A DNA stretch of 63,748 nucleotides, the filler included, from Octopus bimaculoides (taxonomy: Eukaryota): NCBI RefSeq assembly GCF_001194135.2. It is 9 parts of 9 records of this genome, joined end to end, with 100 filler letters (N's around TTAATTAATTAA, not from the genome) between each part and the next. Parts side by side here need not be neighbours in the genome. Positions count along the whole stretch, not along the records: positions 36,244 to 51,505 come from NC_068984.1; positions 51,606 to 53,583 come from NW_026339281.1; positions 53,684 to 57,267 come from NC_068982.1; positions 57,368 to 59,732 come from NW_026384925.1; positions 59,833 to 62,240 come from NW_026333294.1; positions 62,341 to 63,748 come from NC_068999.1; 3 more parts are not named here. One strand, given 5' to 3'. Under the pieces are notes generated by a model that was not told where the DNA came from, did no database searches, and was given only the letters and a program-made list of their open reading frames with translations. The translations under genes and the position numbers were made by a program. Each line of letters starts with the position of its first letter. Position 1 is the first letter of the stretch. Shown piece after piece: positions 50,501 to 63,748 of this stretch.

Positions 50501-51712
50501 GAAAATATTTCATGATATATATATATGCATATATATATATATATATATANNNNNNNNNNTAAATTTTTAAATAAATAGAATATGGATCTGTCGAGTTCGA
50601 AGTCTCTATCTCTTTTAAATATAAAAATTTAAAACCTTGAAATAGAAATATAAACTGTGAGAACGACCCTTATGGAATCTAGTCAATGATCCCCTAGGGT
50701 AAAGTCTTATGCTATATTGGTAACGGTTACAACATCCTTTGGAAAATTATATATATATTTCTGGTGGAGGTGAAATATTTTCTCGATATGTGTAAGTGCG
50801 CGTTCATCCCAATATCTTACACAGTGTGTTTATATCCGGATGTGTGATATTATATATCACTGACTCCATGTATATAAGTACAGCACCTCAGAATCATTTA
50901 CAGACCTTCTTTGCGCAACCACACATGCATACACTCACACATATACACATGCACTCAGAAACGCACGCACATTCATTCACAATATACATACTTGTCTAAC
51001 AAAAAACCATTTGAATGTCTTGTTTAAGAAAACAACAATATTAATAGTTGTTGAATGAAAAATATTCATAATCACAATAAAAAGATTAATGTTTGTGTAT
51101 GTGTATATTTAAGGCATGTGTGTGTGTGTGTGTGTGTTTGTTGTGTTGTGTTTGTTATCCCGAATAGATAATAACAGTGATATAACTTGTTATGTTATGT
51201 TGTTAAAGTGCAGCCGATAGTAAATGTTTATTTTCAATTGGGTGCGGGTGGTCGTAGGTGGAAACAATTGTGGTTCAAGATGAGAATTTAGACGGAGTTA
51301 TATATGCATACACACACCCGCACACACACACACACACGTATACACACGTGTTTATGTATGTGTGTGTATATACGTATGTGTATGTATGTAAACATGTGTG
51401 TAAATATATATATATATATATATATATATAAGTGCGTGTGTGTGCCTAAGTGTTTGTGAGTGTGTGTATATACACATATATACATATACATGCATATACG
51501 TATATNNNNNNNNNNNNNNNNNNNNNNNNNNNNNNNNNNNNNNNNNNNNTTAATTAATTAANNNNNNNNNNNNNNNNNNNNNNNNNNNNNNNNNNNNNNN
51601 NNNNNTGTGTGTGTGTGTGTGTGTGTGTGTAACTGTTTCATTTATTGGTTGTGATAGGAAAGATTCGTATAGTCTAACAAAACGAAAACACGAAACGGAG
51701 GAAGCGGAAATA

Positions 51713-51897
51713 ACGATGATGATGATGATGATGATATTGATGATGATGATGATGAAGACAATGACGACAATGACGATGATGATGATGATTATGATGATGA
51801 TGACGATAATAGTGGTGGTGGTGGTGGTGGTGACGGTGGCGATGATGATGAGTATGATGATGTTGACGACGATGATGATGCTGATGATGAGGTGGAC
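51713..51897. repeat. Compound (ATG)n/(GGT)n trinucleotide low-complexity tract
   Basis: Direct reading; produces the spurious poly-M and poly-I ORFs. Confidence 0.9.
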
Positions 51898-52869
51898 GAA
51901 TAGGATTATGATAAACCAGAGATTAAAAAAAAACAAAAAAACGTTATAAAAACAAAAATCAAAAAATCAAAAAAACAGCCACAATAATAAAGGTGAAGNN
52001 NNNNNNNNNNNNNNNNNNNNNNNNNNNNNNNNNNNNNNNNNNNNNNNNNNNNNNNNNNNNNNNNNNNNNNNNNNNNNNNNNNNNNNNNNNNNNNNNNNNN
52101 NNNNNNNNNNNNNNNNNNNNNNNNNNNNNNNNNNNNNNNNNNNNNNNNNNNNNNNNNNNNNNNNNNNNNNNNNNNNNNNNNNNNNNNNNNNNNNNNNNNN
52201 NNNNNNNNNNNNNNNNNNNNNNNNNNNNNNNNNNNNNNNNNNNNNNNNNNNNNNNNNNNNNNNNNNNNNNNNNNNNNNNNNNNNNNNNNNNNNNNNNNNN
52301 NNNNNNNNNNNNNNNNNNNNNNNNNNNNNNNNNNNNNNNNNNNNNNNNNNNNNNNNNNNNNNNNNNNNNNNNNNNNNNNNNNNNNNNNNNNNNNNNNNNN
52401 NNNNNNNNNNNNNNNNNNNNNNNNNNNNNNNNNNNNNNNNNNNNNNNNNNNNNNNNNNNNNNNNNNNNNNNNNNNNNNNNNNNNNNNNNNNNNNNNNNNN
52501 NNNNNNNNNNNNNNNNNNNNNNNNNNNNNNNNNNNNNNNNNNNNNNNNNNNNNNNNNNNNNNNNNNNNNNNNNNNNNNNNNNNNNNNNNNNNNNNNNNNN
52601 NNNNNNNNNNNNNNNNNNNNNNNNNNNNNNNNNNNNNNNNNNNNNNNNNNNNNNNNNNNNNNNNNNNNNNNNNNNNNNNNNNNNNNNNNNNNNNNNNNNN
52701 NNNNNNNNNNNNNNNNNNNNNNNNNNNNNNNNNNNNNNNNNNNNNNNNNNNNNNNNNNNNNNNNNNNNNNNNNNNNNNNNNNNNNNNNNNNNNNNNNNNN
52801 NNNNNNNNNNNNNNNNNNNNNNNNNNNNNNNNNNNNNNNNNNNNNNNNNNNNNNNTAATGATAATAAAC

Positions 52870-52905
<36 letters not shown>

Positions 52906-53683
52906 TAAGAATAACGGAGAGAAAAAAACTGAAAAGTGGAGTGTAAATTATCGGTCTCTTCGAATGGCTTACGGTAAAAGGATGAAGCGTTTAAACAGAA
53001 GAGCGTGTAAAGGGGAGTTAATAGAAAGAGGCTGTCAGCAGAGAGATTGGCCATTAAAAACCTGCTGGTGTGTTTTGTGTGTGTAATGTGTGTGTGTGTG
53101 GTGTGGGTGTATATTGCGCTGGTGTGTGCGTGTGTGTGTATGTGTTTCTGCCTCTGTGTGTTTATGTATATGCTTATGTATATGTACATAAGCACACAAA
53201 CACGTATTCGCGCACACATATATTACGCAGACTGAACGTTGTTCTATTGATGCTTGTGTGTGTATGTGAGTGTGTGTAGATATACAAATGTGTGCCTATG
53301 CATGTATGTATGCATGTATTTACGTGTTTATGTATGTATTTACGATTTTGTGTATGTATGTATTTGTGTGTATATGTATGTATGTGTGTATGTATGTATG
53401 TATGTATATGTATGTACGCAAGCGTGTGTATAAGTATGTATGTGTGTGTGTATAAGTATGTATGTGTGTATGTATGTATGTACGTATGTATGTATGTATG
53501 CCTATAGAAACAAACGTGTGAGTATATACCGAATGAGTGATCTGTAATTCTGCGAGTTTGTTCTTAGATGTGTGGGTATGTGTNNNNNNNNNNNNNNNNN
53601 NNNNNNNNNNNNNNNNNNNNNNNNNNNTTAATTAATTAANNNNNNNNNNNNNNNNNNNNNNNNNNNNNNNNNNNNNNNNNNNN

Positions 53684-53757
<74 letters not shown>

Positions 53758-53955
53758 TTGTGTGTGTGTGTGTATGTATGTATGTGTATAAATTTCTTTG
53801 CAAACAGCTTGCAAATGCAAGAGCTACCAGTTGAAAGCACCGCATACTGGATGCTAGCAAATTTAAGGCTCCTTCATTGGAATTTCAACATCAATGGCAG
53901 GATATGTATGTATGTAATATGTAAGTATTTTGCATGTCTCTATGTATCTTTCTAC

Positions 53956-54027
<72 letters not shown>

Positions 54028-54652
54028 ATATCTATCTAACAATATACATATATGTACACACACACATACATACATGCATATATATCCTTTATTGGTGTTG
54101 ATGTGTAGTTCCCTTAGATTTTTCTTTTTTAGGCAAGCAAACCCCGCTCATCCGGTCCTTATTTTCCAGGCAGCATATATTGCACAATATTATCCAACAT
54201 TTCATTCATTGTTTTGAAAGATTAGAATTTGGGAAAAATTTGATTGCTATTTCTAGTCGGTTTTGCGTCCACGTAGAGACATCTAATATGGCTTCCACCT
54301 TTACGCTCAATGTCACATACATATATATTACCGTGCTGGTAACTCTGTGTTCTCTTGCAGTGATAACACAATTACATATAGAAATTATATAAGAACATTA
54401 TATCAATAACAAGATTTTGAACACACAGGAATACAAGTATTAAAGAAATATAAAAAAAAACTGGGGAAATTAGACAGGAAAACGAGGAATATTTTTTCTA
54501 AAAATAACTGTTATTAATGTGTGATTCATTTTATTTTATTCTGATAAAACTTCACTAAATAAAGACATACCAACATCGTGTGTTACTGCTTTTTAAAATT
54601 CAATAATTGGCAACGTCGTCCCTCTCTTTCTCTCTCTCTCTGTATATATGTA

Positions 54653-54684
<32 letters not shown>

Positions 54685-54870
54685 CACTCACACACACATA
54701 CACATATATGTGTATGTATATGTATTTGCACTTCACTTTGGAAAGTTTGAGGAAGTTATAAATTGATATTCAAGCATTCAGCTATGAGTGCGTTGCATCT
54801 TATAGCAGAAACAGCTGTAAGCTAATGCAGTTCATAACATAAATGTTTATTCCCTTATCGTTTTTAATTT

Positions 54871-54924
<54 letters not shown>

Positions 54925-55254
54925 CACACACGCACATATATATATATATATATTATATGCATACATATATACCTATAAATATGCATAAATACATGCACTC
55001 ATATTTGTGTGTGTGTCTGTATGAATGGGTAGATGTATATGCTTGTATTCGTGTATGTAAGTCTGTATGCACTCGTGTGTGTTATATGCAATGTTTGCAG
55101 GGAACAGTACATACCAACCAAATAAAGAGTATTTGCTACGTGGAGTAGAGTATATGCGCACTCGTACCTACATATTTATCTATAAAACCTATATATTCTA
55201 TCACATGCGCATTTAGGCGACCCACGCATATATGTTCGGTTTGTGTGTGGTTTA

Positions 55255-55430
55255 TATATGTGGTTAGAATGTTCGCTCCGCTCTTAGAATATTCATAGGT
55301 TCGATCCCACTGTGTTATAACTTGGGAAAACTGTTTTTTTATATTGTGGTTTCAAATTGACAAATAATTTGTGAGCAAAATTAGGTAAACGGAAACTCCG
55401 TGGAAGCCCGTCGTTTGGAGTGTACCTGTA
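55255..55430 (+). mobile_element. Degraded family A SINE
   Basis: gtggttagaatgttcgct...ataggttcgatcccactgtgttataacttgggaaaa...gtgagcaaaattaggtaaacggaaactccgtggaagcccgtcg. Confidence 0.7.
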
Positions 55431-56829
55431 ATACATTCGAGCATCTTTGTCAAAAGGCGACACACTTATTCCACACAAAAATTATGATAAGGACACGCAG
55501 TTGTAGATCTATCATTGATACATGAAAATTTATGCAATTCTATTGCTCCGGTTCACTTCTGGATCAAATCCCGCTGAAGTCAAATCTGCCTTTCATCTCA
55601 ATTTAATAAAGGATCGGCGCAGAAGCTTTGTGGTATTTGATCTTGTTCTTATGTTCTGACAGCAATGTCTGCGACAACACTGGTGCGAAGTGGTACCCGT
55701 CACAAATAGGTGACCTTTTTCTTGCATAAACCTCAATGGCATGATGACGAGATATGATAGGCTTGGATACAGCCGTTTTACTGCCGCAGGTTAATCCATA
55801 ACCAATGGAACCCCCTCCCCATGACATCATCGCTCTAGTATATATGCTGGTAGCAACACCATTACTATGATGTGCTTGTAGTGTATCGGATTCAAAATCG
55901 AATCGCTAGGTGGCAAAGCAGACATCACGACCAAGTCACAATAGTTTCATGTGATCGGCCTATTAACCAACCAATCAGCATCAGGCCATCGTGTGATTTG
56001 ACTTTCTAGAACTTTCTCTTTGATCCCTAAATAAAAATGTTTTTTGTTGGTAATCTCAGAAGGTGAGGCAGTTGCTTGATATTTCCATTCTCATCCACCA
56101 TCAGCCAATAGCAAACAGAAGACATAGATTTTGCTGCCATGAATATAGCGTAGTTGTTTTCTAGTTGTGATGTGCCAGCCACAGAATTGCTACATCAGTT
56201 AAATTATCATCATAGATCCCATGAGCATGTCTCTCTCAGTGTGTAACTGTCGCTGTTTAGTTTTTCTTAAAAGACAAACACGGAAAACACAATGTGTTGT
56301 AAATAAATCTTCTGTTATTTGTTTGAATGTTATTAGTTTCTTCTACAGGCAGCTGTAGAAATACATTTTCATTCACCAGTAGCTACCACGACTACCACAA
56401 CAATAGAAGTAACACCATTAATTTTGTAGAAATACATTTTCATTCACCAGTAGCTACCACGACTACCACGACTACCACAACAATAGAAGTAACACCATTA
56501 ATTTGTGGGGTGGATGGCTAGAAGGGTGGGAGAATCTCGTAACGATTCGAACCCCGGTGATAGCAAACGCGAGAAAACTTGTTAGTTATTTAATACGTTC
56601 TGTCTGCAAACACTACACCGTTATTTCATCGTTCTACTTTCTGCAAATAAACGAAAATTATTCGTCTGCCGCCAGGGATTTCCAAATGTTTCTTTAGATG
56701 TGAAAAAAAAATGTCGTTTTAAATGTCGGAACTGTGATTCTGAAGTGAGATGTTATCTGGGAGTTTTGTGAAGAGTGAGGTGTTGTCATAGCTTGAGGAG
56801 TTGGAAAGAAATATTTTTGCACGAACTCC

Positions 56830-56865
<36 letters not shown>

Positions 56866-56972
56866 AGATATATATACACAAATTACGAATACTATTGTAC
56901 ACATTTGCATAATTATGTATATTAAAAACATACTCTTGTCTATGTTGACTAACTAGATATGTACGCACGTAC

Positions 56973-57024
<52 letters not shown>

Positions 57025-57384
57025 GTATGTATGTAAGTACTTATGTATGTAAGAATACATGTAAGTGTCTATACGCAAGATTGCGGACATATACAAGAGC
57101 AGACATGTATATATGCGTGTATGTATATAGTTGTGTATGAATGCATGTATGGGCGGATGTATATGAAAAAGTTAAAAACAAACATACACATCAATGAAGC
57201 GATATTTACGTGTTTCACGGAATATATTACCATATTTATTAATGCAATATATATATATATATATATANNNNNNNNNNNNNNNNNNNNNNNNNNNNNNNNN
57301 NNNNNNNNNNNTTAATTAATTAANNNNNNNNNNNNNNNNNNNNNNNNNNNNNNNNNNNNNNNNNNNNTATATATATATATATAT

Positions 57385-57540
57385 ATATACACGATGGTGT
57401 TCCGTATACTTTCTGTCTATCAATGTCTATCAAATTCATTCACAAGACGTTGATCAGTCAGGAGTTACAGTATAAGACCCTTGCCTAAAGGGCCACGTAT
57501 TGGGACTGAACTCAAAACCACATAGTTATAAAGCGAGCAT
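57385..57540 (-). mobile_element. Degraded family A SINE
   Basis: cacgatgg...attcattcacaagacgttgatcag...tataagacccttgcctaaagggccacgtattgggactgaactc. Confidence 0.65.
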
Positions 57541-58103
57541 ACTTGTGCATATTCGGGTAACATACTGTTTTTGTTTGTTTGTTTGCTTGTTTGTTCCTTT
57601 TATTCATTGAAATCGTGCGTTAATGTAATCTTCACGATATATCACTGTCTGTACGTCGTCACAGCATCTTCCACATCTGACGACCGCATGGCTAGATCTT
57701 CTCAACTTGTACTTATTCAACAAACACATCTGGAACTAATTCAACTACATCTTCCCACTCACCTCAATAACCCCGTCTCTCCACCTCAACCGTGATCGCC
57801 CTCTTCAACTTGCAGTTTTTTCATAACATAATCTTCTTTTCATGCCATCCGTCATCATATCTCGTCCAAAGATATTTAATCTTTGTTTGACATTGAAATT
57901 TTCCTAAGAAATATCCGGTTTCATTTGCTTCCATATTGATCGTTTTCTTTCTTTTCTTTTTCTTTTTTCTTTTTTTTTTTGCTTCATTCCGTCCGTCGTA
58001 TTCTGAAGAATCTTCCTCTCTTTTACAGATATAACGCTACAATGCTATTTTATAATCATCACTTAAAACTACAACAAGTATTAGTATGTTTAACACCGCA
58101 ATA

Positions 58104-58303
58104 ATCCTTTCTACTATAAGCACAGGGCCTGCATTTTGTGGGAAGGGGACAGTCGATCACATCGACCCCAATACTCAACTGGTGCTTAATTTATCGACCC
58201 CGAAACGATGAAAGGCAAAGTCGACCTCGGCAGAATTTTAACTCAGATCGTAGCGTTAAGCATTTCGGCCGGTGTGCTAGCGGTTCTGCCACCTCGCCGC
58301 CTT
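58104..58303 (-). mobile_element. Full-length family C SINE
   Basis: atcgaccccgaaacgatgaaaggcaaagtcgacctcggcagaatttt...ttctgccacctcgccgcctt. Confidence 0.88.
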
Positions 58304-58304
58304 A

Positions 58305-58330
58305 TAACAACAACAACAACAACAACAATG

Positions 58331-58410
<80 letters not shown>
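58305..58410. repeat. (AAC)n(AAT)n microsatellite
   Basis: Direct reading; lies between the SINE head and the Dong-like element. Confidence 0.95.
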
Positions 58411-58411
<1 letters not shown>

Positions 58412-58960
58412 GAAAACACATCAGAAAGTGATAAGTGCAGAATTTCTGGATAAAATGGTGAAACCGTATGGTATATTGCCAGTCAATGTACGCCACTAGC
58501 CCAGAAAGACTATAACACACGTCATGACAATATAGCAAAGATCGTCCATTAGACACTATGCAACAATTATCGACTTGACAGAGAAAACAAGTGGTACGAA
58601 CATAAACCCGAAAGCATCCACGAAAATGATAATGCAAAGATCCTATGGGATTTTATGATTCAGTGCGACCATGAGATAGAGAACAGGAAACCAGACATAG
58701 TGTTAATTGAGAAAGAAAACAAACGATAAGGTCATAGATATAGTATACCCAGCTGACAACAAAGTATGCGATAAAGAAGAAAGAAAAGTCGATAGATATG
58801 ACAGGTTATCTTGGGAGGTTAAGCAGTTTTGGTCGATGAAAAAGGTGGTAGTCTTATCAATAATTGTTGGAGCGCTGGGAACAGTGAGCAAAAATCTTGA
58901 GAAGTATATGGAACAAAGAGGAGCTGCAATAAGGATGGAGCACTTGCAGAAAACAGCACT
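58411..58960 (+). mobile_element. Second R4/Dong-clade RLE retrotransposon 3' fragment
   Basis: ENTSESDKCRISG*NGETVWYIASQC...RHDNIAKIVH*TLC...ILWDFMIQCDHEIENRKPDIVL...VIDI..PAD...KEERK...VGALGTV...EHLQKTAL; homologous to 20730-21478. Confidence 0.88.
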
Positions 58961-58984
58961 GTACACAAACATACATATATATGT

Positions 58985-59144
58985 GATGGGTTTCTTTCAG
59001 TTTCCTTCTGCCAAATCCACTCACACTGCTTTGGTTGGCCTGAGGCTATAGTAGAAGACTCTTGCCCAAGGTACCATGCTGTTGGACTGAACCCGGAACC
59101 ATGTGGCTGGGAAACAAACTTATTACCACACAGCCACACCTGCG
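58985..59144 (-). mobile_element. Family A SINE
   Basis: ggtttctttcagtttccttctgccaaatccactcacactgctttggttggcctgaggctatagtagaagactcttgcccaaggtaccatgc...gaacccggaaccatgtggctggga. Confidence 0.88.
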
Positions 59145-60199
59145 TCTTTGACAAAGCAAAGGGTCAATTATAATTTATTCTCTCGAATATAAATCTGAAA
59201 ACACAGGAAGGTACTTGATGGAACCCGCTTGATCACAGGTTTGGCTGATCAGAGCTGACTTGCGGTCAATCACAACACCAACATCAACAACAGCAGCCGG
59301 TAAAACAACAACAAAAACAACCCTGTATTACAATGCAAACGAGGGAAACTCCACCGGTCACTCGACCAGCAAAGACAGCAGCCAAATCTCCTTGAAACCT
59401 CTCTTTAACTACCTTCTTATAATGAGACAACATTGAATAACGAGGTCTCTTGCGTCTCTCTTCCTTTCTTCCTTCCTTCTTTCTTTCTGTCTTTCTTATT
59501 TTCCTTTCCTTCTTTCATTACATCATTCTTTTTTACCTTGATTCCTTTATCTCAATAATAGATTTATTTTTTATCATTTTTCTCTTTCTTATTTCTCTCT
59601 CTCTCTTCATACACACGCACAAACACACACACACACGCACACACTCATACACACCTCTATATATACACATAAAAATATATATTCTTATTCATATCTATAT
59701 ATCTATCTATATATATATATAACAATATGGTANNNNNNNNNNNNNNNNNNNNNNNNNNNNNNNNNNNNNNNNNNNNTTAATTAATTAANNNNNNNNNNNN
59801 NNNNNNNNNNNNNNNNNNNNNNNNNNNNNNNNACAGGTTGATATACCGAGTTAATGTGATACATTTTGAGAATATATGGATAATAACAACAAATAGAGCA
59901 AAACACATGTCGATGAAAGTTCCTTTAATTCCTACATATGTTTCGAAGCAAGTGAGGGCCATTTCACAAAAAAAGGAAAGGGTTGCTGGAATCATCACTT
60001 GTTTCTCATCAGGGAGAACATAATAAAACATTTAGTAGCGAGACAAAAACGAAATGATGGGATAACTTACGAGCTGAGATGTTACATGGTCAGTGACCGT
60101 TAGAAGGTTTGTTTACATAGAGTTATGATGGGGTCACCGATATTATTCCACGGGTTTAGGCATAAGAACGCTAGTTTACATAGAAATATAGTAATATGT

Positions 60200-62240
60200 G
60201 TAGTTACGTACATGCGTACGTACGAACGAAGAATCGTACGTAAGTAGGTACCTAAGTTCCTACGCACGAATGAACAAACGCACGTACATACGTATGTACC
60301 TACGAACGAACGAACTAACGAAAGAATGAACCAACGAATGAACAAAGGAACGTACGTACGTACGAATGTGCGTACGTACGAACGAGTGAACGAACGAAAG
60401 TACGTACTTATGTACGAATGAATGTTCGCTCGGTCGTTCGTTCATTCGTACGTAATTAAGTACTTTCGGTCGTTCATTCGTTCGTACGTACGCACATTCG
60501 TCCGTACGTACGTACGTTAGTTTGTTCATTTGTTGGTTCATTCTTTCGTTCGTTCGTTCGTTCGTAGGTACGTACGTATGTAAGTTCGTTTATTCATTCG
60601 TGCGTACGTACTTAGGTACCTACTTACGTACGATCGTTCGTTCGTACGTACTTAGCTACGTACGTACGTTCGTTCGTTAGTTCGTACGTACGCATATACG
60701 TACGTACACACGTACGTACGAACGGCGTACGTACGTACGTTCTTTCGTTCGGTCGTTCGTACGTACGTTCGTTCGTACGTACGTTCGTTCGTTCGTACGT
60801 ACGTTGGTTCGTTCGTTTGTACGTCCGTACGTACATTCGTACGATTGTTCGTGCATACCTACGTACGTAGGTTCGTTCTTTCGTTCGTTCCTTCGATCTT
60901 TCGGTCGTTCGTTCGTTCTTTNNNNNNNNNNNNNNNNNNNNNNNNNNNNNNNNNNNNNNNNNNNNNNNNNNNNNNNNNNNNNNNNNNNNNNNNNNNNNNN
61001 NNNNNNNNNNNNNNNNNNNNNNNNNNNNNNNNNNNNNNNNNNNNNNNNNNNNNNNNNNNNNNNNNNNNNNNNNNNNNNNNNNNNNNNNNNNNNNNNNNNN
61101 NNNNNNNNNNNNNNNNNNNNNNNNNNNNNNNNNNNNNNNNNNNNNNNNNNNNNNNNNNNNNNNNNNNNNNNNNNNNNNNNNNNNNNNNNNNNNNNNNNNN
61201 NNNNNNNNNNNNNNNNNNNNNNNNNNNNNNNNNNNNNNNNNNNNNNNNNNNNNNNNNNNNNNNNNNNNNNNNNNNNNNNNNNNNNNNNNNNNNNNNNNNN
61301 NNNNNNNNNNNNNNNNNNNNNNNNNNNNNNNNNNNNNNNNNNNNNNNNNNNNNNNNNNNNNNNNNNNNNNNNNNNNNNNNNNNNNNNNNNNNNNNNNNNN
61401 NNNNNNNNNNNNNNNNNNNNNNNNNNNNNNNNNNNNNNNNNNNNNNNNNNNNNNNNNNNNNNNNNNNNNNNNNNNNNNNNNNNNNNNNNNNNNNNNNNNN
61501 NNNNNNNNNNNNNNNNNNNNNNNNNNNNNNNNNNNNNNNNNNNNNNNNNNNNNNNNNNNNNNNNNNNNNNNNNNNNNNNNNNNNNNNNNNNGTACGTATG
61601 TAAGTTCGTTTATTCATTCGTGCGTACGTACTTAGGTACCTACTTACGTACGATCGTTCGTTCGTACGTACTTAGCTACGTACGTACGTTCGTTCGATCG
61701 TTCGTTCGTTCGTTCGTATGTACGTACGTAATTACCTTCGTTCGTTCGTACTTACGTACGTTCGAAGGAACAAAACAACGAACGAAAGTATGTAAGTACT
61801 TACGAACGAACGAACGATAGATTGGACGTACGAACGAAAGATTGAACGAATGAAAGTACGTAAGTACGTACGAACGAAAGAAAGAACAAACGAACTAAAG
61901 AACGAAATGAAGTAAAAACGAACGTCCATACGTAAATACGTACGAACGAGCGACGAAATTACGTTCGAAAGAACGGACAAACGAATGAACGAACGAACGA
62001 TCGAAAGAAAGAATTAAGGAACAAACGTACGTACGAACGAACGAACGTACGTACGTACGTATGTACGAATGAACAAACGAACGAACGACCGAACGATCGA
62101 AGGAACGAACGAAAGAACGAACGTACGTACGCACGCACGAACAATCGTACGTACGTATGTACGTACGGACGTACAAACAAACGATCGAACGAACGAACAC
62201 ACCTACGAACAACGTGCATACGTTCGTACGAACCTGCGTA
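60200..62240. repeat. CpG-rich (ACGT/AACG)-based satellite with inverted-repeat architecture, interrupted by a gap
   Basis: acgtacgaacgaacg and ttcgttcgtacgtacg blocks alternate in orientation; arms 60217-60420 and 60443-60650 are reverse complements. Confidence 0.9.
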
Positions 62241-62681
62241 NNNNNNNNNNNNNNNNNNNNNNNNNNNNNNNNNNNNNNNNNNNNTTAATTAATTAANNNN
62301 NNNNNNNNNNNNNNNNNNNNNNNNNNNNNNNNNNNNNNNNTATATATATATATATGTATGTGTATATATCAACATATATACATATGAGATGAAAATGAAT
62401 ACGAAAGTAAGAAAATAATACATAAGTACAGAACAAAAGAAAGGAAGGAAGGAAAACGGTAAAGATAGAACTTTGACTATGTCTTTCAACGAAGAAGTTG
62501 AAAAGTTCCAATTATTGTTATTGTTATTTTGCTTTTACGTGTGATATCATAAAATTTGACGGCTTGTTGGTTAACGGTCGGCTAGGATCAACGAAGGAGG
62601 AAATTGCTCGAAGTAAGGACAGAAACGGGATCATTGATGACAGCAATCACAACGAAATGTCATCGGTCTTCAGTATTTATA

Positions 62682-62810
62682 GGCGCAGGCGTGGCTGTGT
62701 GGTAAGAAGCTTGCTTCTCAAACACATGGTTCGGGGTTCTGTGACCTCTACTATAGCCTCGGGCCGACCAAAGCCTTGTGAGAGGATTTGGAACTAAAAG
62801 AAGCCCGTCG
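62682..62810 (+). mobile_element. Family A SINE with internal deletion
   Basis: ggcgcaggcgtggctgtgtggtaagaagcttgcttctcaaacacatggttcggggttc|...ctactatagcctcgggccgaccaaagccttgtgag...aagaagcccgtcg. Confidence 0.88.
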
Positions 62811-62841
<31 letters not shown>

Positions 62842-62941
62842 NNNNNNNNNNNNNNNNNNNNNNNNNNNNNNNNNNNNNNNNNNNNNNNNNNNNNNNNNNN
62901 NNNNNNNNNNNNNNNNNNNNNNNNNNNNNNNNNNNNNNNNN

Positions 62942-62982
<41 letters not shown>

Positions 62983-63748
62983 CTGTGTATGCATAAATAC
63001 ACAAGTGTTTTAATACATGCCCTCTTTAGTCGGATGAGACTGTTTTACAAGCAAAATATTCAAGCAATAAGGGAGATAATCCACATTGTCACTGGATTCT
63101 GTTCGCGACATATCCAGACACAATCCAGAATTCCGCCATTACGACGAAGGTATTCGAAGACTGTTGATTGCCTCAGAGAACGCTCCCGCATGTGGAGACG
63201 AACCCTTCTATAACATGGCAATAGCGAACGCGTAATTAGCCAATGAATGCAGTTAATTTCTCGCCAATTGCTACGTATCCCCGACGTTCTAGAATACCTT
63301 CCGTACTTACACTTCTTTCCATGTTCTTCCTTTCGTTTTTTTTTGTTTGCTTGTTTGTTTGTTTGAGGTTTTTCTGTATTTATTTCCTTTTTTCTCGTTT
63401 CTATTTTCTTCTTTTCCGTCCACCCCCCTCCTCAATCCTTCTCCGTTAAATCACAATCTCTGTTAATTCTGATTATTCCTTGCATTTGCCTTGATCTCGT
63501 CCTACTCTTTGTTTTCTCCCTCTTATCTGTTACATATACGTATTCTCCTTCTTTCTATCTCTCTCACTCTCCTCCCTCCCTCCCCACTGCTTCTCCCGAT
63601 ATGCATTACACTTACTCACACACACACACAGTCACATACACACACACACACGCACAAACACACACATACATACACACGTGCGCACATAAATTAATACATG
63701 GATATGTTTGAATGTCATATACGCAAGTCCATGCATATGTACGTACAT

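Overview
Gap-rich, AT-rich animal intergenic or intronic DNA. The SINE repertoire and extreme microsatellite density suggest an octopus/cephalopod draft assembly (inference, not verified). No host protein-coding gene can be identified with confidence. Almost all listed ORFs are translations of microsatellites or N-gaps. The recognisable content is transposon debris: several modular tRNA-derived SINE families (more than 35 copies); three Penelope-like (GIY-YIG) remnants, one with a stop-free endonuclease frame; two R4/Dong-type restriction-like-endonuclease retrotransposon 3' ends; CR1-like RT fragments; an RTE endonuclease remnant; a gag/zinc-knuckle element; a DD37D (maT) Tc1/mariner nest; and a hAT-like MITE. 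The most interesting signals are a near-canonical minimal hammerhead ribozyme (39883-39926) next to a Neptune-like Penelope element, an array of stem-conserved hairpins at the 3' end of the gag-like element (2463-2642), and a CpG-rich ACGT/AACG satellite with nested fold-back architecture (60.2-62.2 kb). All alignments and translations were done by eye; no database searches were run.
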